Notes: a model not told the origin generated them from the letters alone. Counted from the whole stretch's first letter, positions 1 to 10,330 are shown. The stretch: DNA of 63,809 bases, filler included, from Reclinomonas americana ATCC 50394 (GCA_048213135.1; 6 parts of 4 records of this genome joined end to end with filler, not necessarily neighbours in it), one strand, 5' to 3'. Numbers and translations: made by a program.

Positions 1-276
1 GGCAGCATCGTTCTTCTGCCTGGCAACGTAGGGTTTCACGTATGAGGCTGTGATCATCCTGGCATCGTGACCTAAATTGCGGATCTCGCGTGCCCAATAA
101 TGCGACGAGGCGCAGGCCTCCATGCCAACGATGCAATGCGGGAGCATCGCGAAAAAGCTCAGCACATTTTCCCTCCGCAGCCTCTTTTGAAGAACCGGGC
201 GACCCTTCGCATCCGCCCCGTGGACTTGAAATACTCGCTTTGCCAGATCAAGCCCGATCGTGGTGACCTCTTCCAT
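1..276 (-). CDS. IS110-family transposase, N-terminal DEDD domain (runs off window start)
   Basis: Manual minus-strand translation from ATG at 276: MEEVTTIGLDLAKRVFQVHG...GMEACASSHYWAR...YVKPYVARQKNDAA. RBS AAGGAG lies upstream. Not in the ORF track. Confidence 0.93.
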   Translation of the reverse strand, partial: MEEVTTIGLDLAKRVFQVHGADAKGRPVLQKRLRRENVLSFFAMLPHCIVGMEACASSHYWAREIRNLGHDARMITASYVKPYVARQKNDAA

Positions 277-351
277 GGATGGCACTCCTTGTGAGCGATC
301 GCCTCGACCGCCCTGGATCATGATGCCGAGAGCGGAGGCCATCCACCTCAT
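1..351 (-). mobile_element. IS110/IS1111-type element, left end, inserted into an IS66 transposase gene
   Basis: About 75 nt of non-coding left end (…gatgccgagagcggaggccatccacctcatc) abuts IS66 coding sequence directly. Boundary approximate. Confidence 0.65.
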
Positions 352-497
352 CAAGCTCAACAGCGTCGACCCGCAGGCCTATCTCGCCAACGTCATCGCC
401 CGCATCGTCACCGGTCATCCGCAGAGCCAGCTCGACGGGCTGCTGCCCTGGGCCTACGCGCCGGCGCCGCTCGAGGCGGTCTGAGAACAGCGCATAC
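352..497 (+). mobile_element. IS66 remnant: tnpC C-terminus and right terminal inverted repeat
   Basis: KLNSVDPQAYLANVIARIVTGHPQSQLDGLLPW matches the IS66 C-terminal motif. It is followed by ctgagaacagcgcatac (reverse complement GTATGCG…, resembling IS66 GTAAGCG ends). Confidence 0.8.
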
Positions 498-593
498 GCT
501 TACCAACCTCCTGATGTCGTCTAAGTTCTGATAGGTCGTTCACGCATGCAGGCGTTGGCCGATCGAAGCCGACTATTTTGGACAGTCGTGCCT

Positions 594-2021
594 CTACGAG
601 AACGACGCTAGGCGCGTCGGCCTGTCAGCTTCGGAGTGGACTACCGCTCCGGATTTGCTCTGGCTTGCCTTCAACAAGGAAATCGTCACGCGAAGGCCGC
701 CGGTCGTGCGGTTCGCTAAATTTATAAGACCACCGTGACCATCAATGACTGATGCTGCGATGGTGAGCCCCAAGCCCGTGCCGCCAGTCTCCCGTCCGCG
801 GGATTCCTCGAGCCGGACGAAAGGCTGAAACACCCGCTCCATATCTGCTTGTGGAATGCCCGGGCCTTCGTCCTCGACAATGATGACGAGCTGGTGATCG
901 ATCTCCGCGATCGTAACGCTGGCTATCTCGCCATATTTGATGGCATTGCTGATGATGTTGGAGAAGGCGCGTTTGAGCGACAGGACGCGTCCCAACACCG
1001 GAGCGGAGGCCAGCCCCGTCAACGAGACCCGATGCCCCTGATCGATATGGTCATCGACGATCGTCTCGATCACCGAGGCGAGGTCAATCGGCCGGATCAC
1101 TTCGCTGGAGACGCCGCCCCGCAAATATTCCAGCGTCGAATCGATCATCGCCTCCATCTCCGCGAGATCGACGTCGATCAGATCGCGCGTCGCATCATCG
1201 TTGAGCAACTCGGAGCGAAGTCTGAGGCGCGTGATTGGAGTACGCAAGTCGTGCGAAACCGCCGCCACGGCCTGCATGCGCTCGGTGACAAGGCGCTGAA
1301 TGCGCTCGCGCATCGTGTTGAAAGCGCGCGCGGCGCGGCGCACCTCGATCGGTCCGTTTTCGGGAAGCGGCTGTGGCGTCTGATCAAGGCTAAAACGCTC
1401 CGCCGCGATGGCGAGATCGCGCAACGGACGCGTCGCCCAGCGCAGCAGAAGGAGCGCAACGATAACGATGCCGACTCCGAAGCAGATAGTGACCCCGATC
1501 ACGCTCCAGTCGATGTTCTGATGCGCTCCGAGAGCCGAGGAGGAAAAATTTACCCAGGAACCGTCGGCCAACTGCACCGAGACCAGCATCATGTGTCGGT
1601 ACGCATCGGCATTTCCGCTCCCCAACGCCCCATCATCGGCAAAACCAACGCGGAATGACTCCGCCGCGAGTTCGGGCGCAAGCTCTTTGAGCCGAGCCTC
1701 CATCGCCTTGGTTCGTTCTGTCATCGGCGCTGAGCCGAGAACGAGACTGACCTTGCTCCAATGGACTTCAAGGCTGGCGCCGGACAGGTCATGCGCAGCG
1801 CGGTCTCGTTCTGGTCCGGCGGGAGCACTGGCAATCGCGCGCTTGATCGAGACGATATGCTCAGCGAGGCCGCGATCGCGGGCCGCGGTAGCGAGGCTCT
1901 CGACGCCGACGCGATAAGCCCAGAACCCGAGGAGATGGAAGGCCAAGAGCGCCGCCACCAACACCATGATGGCACGGCTGGCGACCGTATCGGGCCACAG
2001 GCGTTCGACCAGCTTTTTCAA
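594..2021 (-). CDS. HAMP-domain sensor histidine kinase
   Basis: Two TM segments, HAMP domain, H-box SHDLRTP, N-box NIISNAIKY, DEGPG and GGTGLGL. Confidence 0.95.
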   Translation of the reverse strand: MKKLVERLWPDTVASRAIMVLVAALLAFHLLGFWAYRVGVESLATAARDRGLAEHIVSIKRAIASAPAGPERDRAAHDLSGASLEVHWSKVSLVLGSAPMTERTKAMEARLKELAPELAAESFRVGFADDGALGSGNADAYRHMMLVSVQLADGSWVNFSSSALGAHQNIDWSVIGVTICFGVGIVIVALLLLRWATRPLRDLAIAAERFSLDQTPQPLPENGPIEVRRAARAFNTMRERIQRLVTERMQAVAAVSHDLRTPITRLRLRSELLNDDATRDLIDVDLAEMEAMIDSTLEYLRGGVSSEVIRPIDLASVIETIVDDHIDQGHRVSLTGLASAPVLGRVLSLKRAFSNIISNAIKYGEIASVTIAEIDHQLVIIVEDEGPGIPQADMERVFQPFVRLEESRGRETGGTGLGLTIAASVIDGHGGLINLANRTTGGLRVTISLLKASQSKSGAVVHSEADRPTRLASFS

Positions 2022-2782
2022 GCGGGTTGTCCTTCTTGCACACGGACGTCGGACACAAACATGTAGCCAGAGCCACGGACGGTCTTGATGAGCTGGGCAC
2101 CGTTCGCGACCGCTTCCAACTTGCGCCGCAGCCGGCTGATCTGGACGTCGATGGTGCGGTCGAACGGATCGCCGCTGTTTCGCGCCTTTGCGAACTGCAT
2201 CAGTGCCTCTCGCGACAGCACGCGGTTGGCATGCTCCACGAAGGCCACGAGAAGATCGAACTCACCGGTTGAGAGATCGATCAGTGTCCCCGTAGGAGAT
2301 TGAAGCTCTCTGCGGCGGAAATCCATCGACCACCCATCAAACATGACGATCTCGGAACGTCGGGTTTCGCTGGTGCTGCGTGCCGTACGAGATCGGCGCA
2401 GGACGGCGCGGATGCGCGCCACCAACTCGCGAGGGCTGAACGGCTTGGTTACATAATCGTCAGCGCCGACGTCGAGGCCGATGATCCGGTCGCTTTCCTC
2501 GGTGCGGGCGGTTAGCATCACGATGGGAACCTGTGATGTCGTGCGGACGTCGCGGCACACCTCGACGCCGGAGCGTCCGGGCAGCATCAAGTCGAGCACG
2601 ATCAGATCGATCGTGGTGCGGGCCAGGATGTCCATCATGACGCGCCCGTCTGGTGCTCCGGTTACCTGATAGCCATGGCGCTGGAGGAAACGCGAAACCA
2701 GGAGTCTGATCTGCGCATCGTCGTCTACGACGAGAATATGCCCATGATCTTCAGCTATGATCGTGATTGGATCTTGGTCCAT
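2018..2782 (-). CDS. OmpR-family response regulator
   Basis: ILVVDDD, DLMLPG, GADDYVTKPF, DRTIDVQISRLRRKL, KTVRGSGY. Overlaps the kinase start by 4 nt. Confidence 0.95.
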   Translation of the reverse strand: MDQDPITIIAEDHGHILVVDDDAQIRLLVSRFLQRHGYQVTGAPDGRVMMDILARTTIDLIVLDLMLPGRSGVEVCRDVRTTSQVPIVMLTARTEESDRIIGLDVGADDYVTKPFSPRELVARIRAVLRRSRTARSTSETRRSEIVMFDGWSMDFRRRELQSPTGTLIDLSTGEFDLLVAFVEHANRVLSREALMQFAKARNSGDPFDRTIDVQISRLRRKLEAVANGAQLIKTVRGSGYMFVSDVRVQEGQPA

Positions 2783-2959
2783 CTTTCGCTCGGCTTCCCA
2801 GAACAAGCCTGTCTGTATGGCGCCGCTTCTTCTTTAACGGCGACTGCACAATAGCGCGATTATCGCCGTGCCGCCCGTGTTGCTTTGATACAATTTGTAA
2901 CGGACGCCGACGGCAGAGCACTGCTACCCCTATGTGGTCGAAACACGGGGAGCCGAATC

Positions 2960-3178
2960 GTGACGTTCGTGAAGATGCCGATCCTGGCAGGCATAGGGCT
3001 GGCGTTGGGCGCCTGTTCCCTGACACCCGTTCCGGACCATCTAGCTAGGCCGGCCGATCCGAGTGTCCGGGTCCCTGCCATGCAATACCGCAGTGTAACG
3101 GCTGGCGCCGCGACCTTCCGCCCGGCCAATCCGAAGGATTGGCGGGAACTCAATCGCGACGTCGGTCCGAAGTCATGA
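2960..3178 (+). CDS. small lipoprotein, first gene of the copper operon
   Basis: GTG after GGGAG; hydrophobic signal with lipobox LGAC; stop overlaps the next ATG (ATGA). Confidence 0.7.
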   Translation: MTFVKMPILAGIGLALGACSLTPVPDHLARPADPSVRVPAMQYRSVTAGAATFRPANPKDWRELNRDVGPKS

Positions 3179-4683
3179 CGTCGCTTAGCGTGTCCATTTC
3201 AGTGATCGACATTACCCGGGGAAGGATTGCCTTGACCGCTCCAGCTAAATTGCACGCTCGACGCCTGTTCCGTTTCGGGCTGCTCGCCGGCGCCGCTGCT
3301 TTCCTGGGGGGCTGCGCAAGTCTCTCCGCCGATGGCGGCATGAGCACGATTCAATCTGCTACTTACTCCGATATCGGCAAGGACATCGTTAAGATCGGTG
3401 ATGACAAGGCAGCGCTCACGGCGAAGGGTCGCGTCGACCAATTGCTTCGCAAGCCGCTGACTGCCGATACGGCCGTACAGGTTGCGCTGCTCAATAATCG
3501 CGGTCTGCAAGCCGCGTTTAACGAACTCGGCATCGCTGAGGCCCAGATGGTCGCCGCCAGCTTGCCGCCGAATCCCAGTATCGGTATCTCGAAGTTGTCG
3601 GGCCGTTTCGAGGTCGAGATCGAGAGGCAGATCGTCGGCAGCGTACTCGCTCTGGCCACTTTGCCGGCGCGCGCCGAGATTGCGCGCGATCAATTTGGCG
3701 CCGCACAGCTGCGGACAGCTGAGGCCGTTTTACGGCTGGCAGCAGATACTCGTCGTCAATACTATCGGGCGGCTGCGGCAAACGCTCAGGTCACCTTCTA
3801 CGAGCAAGCGAAGGCGTCTGCCGATGCGGCTTCTGAGCTGTTCAAGCGGCTCGGCGAGTCCGGCGGTGTCAACAAGATCGACCAGGCGCGCGAGTTTGCC
3901 TTCGAGGCCGAACTCACCGTGCAGCTTGCTCAAGCGCGCCAGTTGCAGCGTCAGGAACGCGAGAGGCTCGTTCGCCAGCTCGGCATCTGGGGCGATGATC
4001 TGAAATTCCGGGTCGGTAGCCTGCCGCCGCTCCCACGGCTGCAATCGGTGAAAGCGGTCGAGGCGGAAGCGCTGCAAAAGCGGGTCGATCTGCGCATCGC
4101 ACGGGCTGAATTGGACGTGCTGGCGAAGTCGCTCGGCCTTGAGCAGGCGACGCGTTTTATCAATGCAGCCGATCTGCAAGGAACTCGCACCTACGACCGT
4201 AGTCGGAGCATTACGGAGGATGGTCGGGTCGAACGGAGTTCGAGCCGCAGCCGGACGCTTGCTCTCGACCTTGAGATACCGATCTACGATTTCGGCCAAT
4301 CGAAGGTCGCGCTCGCCGAGCAGAGCTACATGCAGGCCGCCAACAAGCTAGCGGAGAAGGCTGTTAACGTGCGTTCCGAGGCACGCGAAGCCTACACCGC
4401 ATACCGCGCCAACTACGACATCACCCGCCAATACCAGAACAACGTCCTGCCATTGCGTAAGATTATCCAGGACGAGTCGCTGCTGCAATATGGCGGTATG
4501 CTCAACGACGTGACCGACCTGATCACGGATGCCCGTAGTCGCATTCTGTCGAATGTCGCGGCGATCAATGCCCGGCGCGATTTTTGGATCGCCTACACCG
4601 ACTTCAAGCACGCCCTGATTGGCGGCGGAAGCGGTGGAGGATCTGTCGCGGTGGCAGCGGCTGGCGGCGGCGGCGGCGATTGA
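3175..4683 (+). CDS. TolC-family outer membrane lipoprotein (copper tolerance)
   Basis: Lipobox LGGC, AVQVALLNNRGLQA, LEIPIYDFG; sits directly upstream of a multicopper oxidase. Confidence 0.9.
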   Translation: MTSLSVSISVIDITRGRIALTAPAKLHARRLFRFGLLAGAAAFLGGCASLSADGGMSTIQSATYSDIGKDIVKIGDDKAALTAKGRVDQLLRKPLTADTAVQVALLNNRGLQAAFNELGIAEAQMVAASLPPNPSIGISKLSGRFEVEIERQIVGSVLALATLPARAEIARDQFGAAQLRTAEAVLRLAADTRRQYYRAAAANAQVTFYEQAKASADAASELFKRLGESGGVNKIDQAREFAFEAELTVQLAQARQLQRQERERLVRQLGIWGDDLKFRVGSLPPLPRLQSVKAVEAEALQKRVDLRIARAELDVLAKSLGLEQATRFINAADLQGTRTYDRSRSITEDGRVERSSSRSRTLALDLEIPIYDFGQSKVALAEQSYMQAANKLAEKAVNVRSEAREAYTAYRANYDITRQYQNNVLPLRKIIQDESLLQYGGMLNDVTDLITDARSRILSNVAAINARRDFWIAYTDFKHALIGGGSGGGSVAVAAAGGGGGD

Positions 4684-4696
4684 AGGAGATGCGAGA

Positions 4697-6855
4697 ATGA
4701 CCAACCTATCGCGTAGAGGCTTCATCGGTTCGTCCGGGCTGGTGCTGGCCGGAGCTGCGGCCGTGTCCGGGCGCACGGCCTTCGCCGCCGTGCCCGAAGC
4801 TCCCACTATGACCGAGGCGACGACTCAGGCGCCGCTGGTGCCGACCACGGGGCCGGATTATCAGCCGGTCGCGACCCTCAACGGCTGGTCGCTGCCCTGG
4901 CGGATGAACGGCGACTGGAAGGAGTTCCATCTCGTCGCCGAGCCGGTGGTGCGGGAACTCGCGCCGGGCATGAAGGCCTATCTGTGGGGCTATAACGGTC
5001 AGTCGCCGGGGCCGACCANNNNNNNNNNNNNNNNNNNNNNNNNNNNNNNNNNNNNNNNNNNNNNNNNNNNNNNNNNNNNNNNNNNNNNNNNNNNNNNNNN
5101 NNNNNNNNNNNNNNNNNNNNNNNNNNNNNNNNNNNNNNNNNNNNNNNNNNNNNNNNNNNNNNNNNNNNNNNNNNNNNNNNNNNNNNNNNNNNNNNNNNNN
5201 NNNNNNNNNNNNNNNNNNNNNNNNNNNNNNNNNNNNNNNNNNNNNNNNNNNNNNNNNNNNNNNNNNNNNNNNNNNNNNNNNNNNNNNNNNNNNNNNNNNN
5301 NNNNNNNNNNNNNNNNNNNNNNNNNNNNNNNNNNNNNNNNNNNNNNNNNNNNNNNNNNNNNNNNNNNNNNNNNNNNNNNNNNNNNNNNNNNNNNNNNNNN
5401 NNNNNNNNNNNNNNNNNNNNNNNNNNNNNNNNNNNNNNNNNNNNNNNNNNNNNNNNNNNNNNNNNNNNNNNNNNNNNNNNNNNNNNNNNNNNNNNNNNNN
5501 NNNNNNNNNNNNNNNNNNNNNNNNNNNNNNNNNNNNNNNNNNNNNNNNNNNNNNNNNNNNNNNNNNNNNNNNNNNNNNNNNNNNNNNNNNNNNNNNNNNN
5601 NNNNNNNNNNNNNNNNNNNNNNNNNNNNNNNNNNNNNNNNNNNNNNNNNNNNNNNNNNNNNNNNNNNNNNNNNNNNNNNNNNNNNNNNNNNNNNNNNNNN
5701 NNNNNNNNNNNNNNNNNNNNNNNNNNNNNNNNNNNNNNNNNNNTTGAGGCTGTGGAGGGCGACAAGGTCCGCATTTACGTTACTAACAAGCTGCCGGAGA
5801 ACACGGCAGTGCACTGGCACGGTCAGCGCCTGCCAAACGGTATGGACGGCGTCGGCGGGCTGACGCAGCCGCATATCCCGCCCGGCAAGACCTTCGTCTA
5901 CGAGTTCCTGCTGCGGCGCTCCGGCACCTTCATGTATCACCCGCATTCGGACGAGATGGTCCAGATGGCGATGGGCATGATGGGTTTCTTCGTGGTCCAT
6001 CCGAAGGATCCGGCCTTCCGCCGTGTCGACCGCGACTTCGTCTTCCTGCTCAACGCTTACGACATTGAGGCAGGTTCGTATGTGCCGCGGGTATCTGAGA
6101 TGACCGAGTTCAACATGTGGTGCTGGAACAGCCGCGTATTTCCCGGCATCGACCCATTTGTCGTCGGTAAGAACGACAAGGTCCGGATTCGTTTCGGCAA
6201 TTTGACGATGACGAACCACCCGATCCACATGCACGGCTACGAGTTCAAGGTCTCCTGCACCGATGGTGGCTGGGTCGACCCCGCCGCAGCTTGGGACGAG
6301 GTCTCGATCGACGTCGCCGTCGGCCAGATGCGCGCGTTCGACTTCGTCGCCGACGAACTCGGCGACTGGGCGATCCATTGCCACAAGTCGCACCACACCA
6401 TGAATGCCATGGGGCATTCGGTGAAGAACTACATCGGCGTCAGCAAGAAGGACCTGGCGAAGCGCATCGCCAAGATCGCACCGGGCTACATGCCGATGGG
6501 CTCGAACGGCATGGGCGAGATGGGTTCGATGGAGATGCCGCTGCCCGAGAACACGCTGCCGATGATGACGGGCTTCGCCCAGTTCGGTCCCGTCGAAATG
6601 GGCGGCATGTTCTCGGTCGTGAAGGTCCGAGAGGGGCTGGCGAAGGGCGACTACAAGGATCCCGGCTGGTTCAAGCATCCTGAAGGAACCGTCGCTTACG
6701 AGCTCAAAGGCGCGAAACTCGGCGAGGCGCCGCGCGCCACGCCGCCCGACAGCGGCGTCAAGTCGGCTGAGTGGCGCGCCAAGGACCCCCGCAAACCGAG
6801 TCTGGGACCGGATGGCAAGCCGCGCACAGCCAAGAGTGCGCATTCCAATCACTGA
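4697..6855 (+). CDS. Tat-exported multicopper oxidase (interrupted by an N gap of apparently zero true length)
   Basis: Tat motif SRRGFIG; Cu motifs HWHG, YHPH, HPIHMHG, HCHKSHH; Met-rich linker. The gap flanks join in frame as GPT-IEAVEGD. Confidence 0.93.
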
Positions 6856-6891
6856 AATGGCGACAAACTCAGCTCACCTCTGGAGAGATAA

Positions 6892-7374
6892 ATGAAGATA
6901 GCAACGTTCAAACTTGCCGTAATCGCTTTTGCAATGTCAGCCGGCGCTGCCTTGGCCGGCCCCGGCGCGGCCGGTCACGGCCATGGCGCCGAGACGGCTT
7001 ACGGCACACCTGGCGACCCGAAGAAGCCGGCCCGGCCTGTCCAAGTCGTGATGAGCGAGAAGGACGGCAAGATGTCCTTCATCCCTGACCGGATCGAGAT
7101 CCGCCGCGGCGAGCAGATCCGTTTCCAGCTGCGCAACAATGGCGAGTTGGACCACGAGATCGTTCTGGCGACGCTGGAGGAGAATCTCAAGCACGCCGTC
7201 GAGATGCAGAAGAACCCCGACATGGAGCATGATGATCCGAACGCCAAGCGGCTCGCGCCGAAGAAGACCGGTGAGATCGTTTGGGCCTTCACCAAGGCCG
7301 GCGAGTTCGACTTCTCCTGCCTGATCCCCGGCCACCGCGAAGCCGGGATGACCGGCAAGATCATCGTCAAGTGA
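6892..7374 (+). CDS. periplasmic cupredoxin (CopI-like)
   Basis: Signal peptide, His-rich N-terminus, HE motif and type-1 Cu site C-LIPGH-REAGM. Confidence 0.9.
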   Translation: MKIATFKLAVIAFAMSAGAALAGPGAAGHGHGAETAYGTPGDPKKPARPVQVVMSEKDGKMSFIPDRIEIRRGEQIRFQLRNNGELDHEIVLATLEENLKHAVEMQKNPDMEHDDPNAKRLAPKKTGEIVWAFTKAGEFDFSCLIPGHREAGMTGKIIVK

Positions 7375-7399
7375 ACGATCTCAGCGAAAGGAGCATCCC

Positions 7400-7678
7400 A
7401 TGCTGAAGACTGCCGCCACTCTTGCCTTCCTGGTCGTTGCATTGCCGGCTGCCGCCCAATCGGTCAGCGGCACCGTCACCAAGGTTGACGACGCTCAGGG
7501 CAAGCTCACGATCAATCACGGCCCGATCAAGAATCTCGACATGGACGGCATGACCATGGTCTTCAAAGCCGGAGATGCCGGGATGCTGAAGGGGCTCAAG
7601 GCCGGTGACAAGATCAAGTTCGACGCCGACCGCGTCAACGGTCAGCTCACGGTGACCAAGCTCCAGAAGTCGAAGTGA
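7400..7678 (+). CDS. cusF: CusF-family periplasmic copper chaperone
   Basis: Signal peptide; HGPIKNLDMDGMTMVF motif; OB-fold-like pattern. Confidence 0.88.
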   Translation: MLKTAATLAFLVVALPAAAQSVSGTVTKVDDAQGKLTINHGPIKNLDMDGMTMVFKAGDAGMLKGLKAGDKIKFDADRVNGQLTVTKLQKSK

Positions 7679-7686
7679 TAGTAGTG

Positions 7687-7716
7687 TGCGGCAAGGCGTG
7701 AAGACGCCTTGCCGCA
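7687..7716 (+). terminator. stem-loop closing the copper operon
   Basis: Perfect 13-bp stem tgcggcaaggcgt-gaag-acgccttgccgca, 8 nt after the cusF stop; no strong U-tract. Confidence 0.65.
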
Positions 7717-7890
7717 TATAGCGCCTTCAGCGGCCTTCGCTTCATCCACACTGGGTGGGTCTGTCACAGAGCGTTGGTGGCCGTGGTTGCGGCAGCAGGC
7801 GCGTTGTTGGTCGGGAAGCATCGTTCACCCGAGCCGGTGAGAGGCTTCACACCCGATACACAGACAATAAGACAAGTTGAAAGGCGAGCC

Positions 7891-8136
7891 ATGCGATTGG
7901 TCTTGCTGACAATCCCTATTGCAATGCTAGCGCTTCCAGTGCGAGCGGACGATGGCGATCTGCAGCGCGCACTGATCGAAGCGTCCTGTCCCAGGGCGAA
8001 AGTTACGCGCCTCAATCCCATTGGTCGGAGCGAAATCTACGAAGCCAACTGCTTCGGCAGACGCATCAAGTTCGTCTGCATGAACGGGCGCTGCTCCGCG
8101 GACGATCCGTCTCGCAGCCGGGACGATCCGGAATGA
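7891..8136 (+). CDS. small secreted 4-Cys hypothetical protein
   Basis: ATG after AAGG; signal peptide ending VRA; four Cys. Confidence 0.6.
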   Translation: MRLVLLTIPIAMLALPVRADDGDLQRALIEASCPRAKVTRLNPIGRSEIYEANCFGRRIKFVCMNGRCSADDPSRSRDDPE

Positions 8137-8179
8137 AGTCCCCGCGGAAAACCTCACCGTCTCGGCGAAAGGCGATCAC

Positions 8180-8569
8180 ATGATCAGCAACTGCCTGAAA
8201 TCATCCCGAATGCGCGCGGTTTGGGTGCTTTGCGCTGTATCTGCTGGGGCACTATCCATGGGGCAGGCCAAAGCCCAGTCAGTCAAGATCGTCGGAATTG
8301 GCGCCTCGAGCTGCCAATTCTTTTTGCGGGAGACCAGCGGCAGGCCGGAAGTCGAGAAGAATTTTTTCGCCTGGGCACAGGGCTACATGAGCGGCCTGCT
8401 GCTGCGTGCGCCTCCGGGGAAGGATGAGGATCTGGATCTCGAGCCGGCCGTCTATCCACTCCTCAAGCAAGCTAGGTTCCTGCGGGATTTCTGCACGCGC
8501 AACCCCGATGCAGATTTTAGCGACGGCGTGAATGACCTCTACCGCACGCTTCGCGCGCCGGCGAGCTAA
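8180..8569 (+). CDS. secreted hypothetical protein, HdeA/HdeB-like Cys pattern
   Basis: Signal peptide (AKA/Q); GIGASSC…WAQGYMSG…FCTRNP pattern. Confidence 0.65.
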   Translation: MISNCLKSSRMRAVWVLCAVSAGALSMGQAKAQSVKIVGIGASSCQFFLRETSGRPEVEKNFFAWAQGYMSGLLLRAPPGKDEDLDLEPAVYPLLKQARFLRDFCTRNPDADFSDGVNDLYRTLRAPAS

Positions 8570-8690
8570 GTCTGGCAATCAGTTCGTAAAGTCAAAAATG
8601 GTGCCGACGTAGGCGCTATCTTACCGAAAATTGAGTTCAATAGACGTGACCGCGACGTTTCAGTTTATCCATGATCTCGGCCACCGGATC

Positions 8691-9941
8691 ATGGGCCTCG
8701 ATTATCCGCACGGCCACTGGCTGATCAATGTTGCGGCGACGTTGTTGTTTGTCGTTGCGCCGGCATGGACACTCTGGATTGGCCTGAGGATTGCCTATCA
8801 CCGCTACAATGCCAGGCGCCGCCGGCGCGCGCGGTTTTCTACCGCCACCTCGCGTGCTCCAGAGCGGCTAACCGCCAGCGAGCGAGCGCAGTCGCTTGAG
8901 GCTTACATCATCCGTGCGACTGCAAGACCGCAGGTGAAGCTCGTGATCATTTCCATCATGACGCTACCGACGGCGTGGCTTCTGCTGGAGATTCCGAAGC
9001 ACATCATCAATCATGCTCTGGCCGATGCCAGTGATAGCGGCCACGTCGACATGACGCTGTTTGGCCTACCGCTGGATCGCATGACACTCCTATTTGCGCT
9101 CTGCGCGGGTTACCTCGGCACGCTGACCTTGAACGGCCTGATCAAATACGTTGCCATGCGCATCCGTGGCCGTGTGAGCGAGCGCCTGGTCCGCAGGCTT
9201 CGGCTCGGTGTCTTGCGCCGCGCACGGACGGGCACGAGCGCCGAACAGCGGGCGCATCTTTCAGCGGTGGTAGTCCAGGAAGTCGAACCGATCGGGTATT
9301 TCGGTGGGAGCCTCGCCGTTGTCCCGGTCATTCAGGGCGGGGCCCTGCTGACCAGCATTCTGTTCCTGCTGATGCAGAATCCGGCACTGGCTCTGGCGGC
9401 ACTGCTGATGTTGCCGCTGCAGCTCACGATTCTGCCAGGCTTGCAAAAGCGGCTGAATGGGAAGGTGCGTGACAGGGTCCGTTCAACACGCAAGCTCGGT
9501 GGTCTCATGGTAGCCGACGGATCAATTTCCAATCCCTTTGGCTCACATGCAGCAGACAGCCGGGCAGATGTATCACGCCTGCGCCATCAGATGCGAATGA
9601 CCGCGGCCCTCGAAACGATCCGGGTCGAGATCAACGACCTCAAGGGCAGGATCAAGGGTCTGTACAACTACACCTCGAACCTAACGCCCTTCTTTTTCTT
9701 CACGATCGGGGGCTACCTCGTTGTGAGAGGGCAGTTGTCACTCGGTGCACTTGTCGCCGCTCTTGCCGCTTATCGGGAGATTTCGCCGGCGCTGCGGGAG
9801 CTGTTCGATTTCATGCAAAACTGGTCGGATGCGAAAGCCCGCTTCAGCGAGGTCACCCGAGCCATGGGGCAGGCGCGTGCTGTTCCGGTGGCGATCGATT
9901 CTTCGCAAATCCCGCTTCATAGGGAGCGGAGGGCGGGTTGA
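8691..9941 (+). CDS. ABC transporter transmembrane-domain protein lacking a nucleotide-binding domain
   Basis: EIPKHIIN, EVEPIGYFGG, TPFFFFTIGGYLVVRGQLSLGALVAAL resemble ABC exporter TMDs; no Walker A/B. Start uncertain (8631 or 8691). Confidence 0.75.
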   Translation: MGLDYPHGHWLINVAATLLFVVAPAWTLWIGLRIAYHRYNARRRRRARFSTATSRAPERLTASERAQSLEAYIIRATARPQVKLVIISIMTLPTAWLLLEIPKHIINHALADASDSGHVDMTLFGLPLDRMTLLFALCAGYLGTLTLNGLIKYVAMRIRGRVSERLVRRLRLGVLRRARTGTSAEQRAHLSAVVVQEVEPIGYFGGSLAVVPVIQGGALLTSILFLLMQNPALALAALLMLPLQLTILPGLQKRLNGKVRDRVRSTRKLGGLMVADGSISNPFGSHAADSRADVSRLRHQMRMTAALETIRVEINDLKGRIKGLYNYTSNLTPFFFFTIGGYLVVRGQLSLGALVAALAAYREISPALRELFDFMQNWSDAKARFSEVTRAMGQARAVPVAIDSSQIPLHRERRAG

Positions 9942-10132
9942 GGCGCTTTTGGAGCCGCCCTTCTCAATGCCGCTATCCGATTTGGATCAAATCACTGCGG
10001 GCAAAAGCATGCTGCGCGGCTGCGTTTTTCAAGTTGGGCCCTGCCGCAAGCAGCCTAGCACGCGAAAGGCAGATCGCAGGGCGGATCATTTGATTTCGAC
10101 ATGCTGACGCATGTCGTATCGATTGCTGAAAC

Positions 10133-10330
10133 CTACTCGAAGATTGCGCGCCGTGTGGCCAGCTTGGCTTCGCGTCGCCGCCGCTCGGCCAGAATCTGCC
10201 GACGCTTGTGATCAGTGAGCTTGCGCCATCGGCGGATCTCTTCCGTCGTGCGCAAACATCCTACGCAAAGATCCGCCTTGCGATCGAATTTGCAGATATC
10301 GAGACATGGTGACGCTATAGCCAAGGTCAC
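10133..10330 (-). CDS. DUF1289-family small Cys protein
   Basis: SPCLDIC…CVGCLRTTEEIRRW; start overlaps the ATPase stop. Confidence 0.85.
   Translation of the reverse strand: MTLAIASPCLDICKFDRKADLCVGCLRTTEEIRRWRKLTDHKRRQILAERRRREAKLATRRAIFE

Noticed and set aside
2875..2905. Possible response-regulator box (gatacaatttgtaac) between the regulator and the copper operon
   Set aside because: Position is plausible, but the repeat is too degenerate to call.
7400..7678. CusF with Met in place of the Cu-capping Trp
   Set aside because: A common natural variant of the family, not novel.
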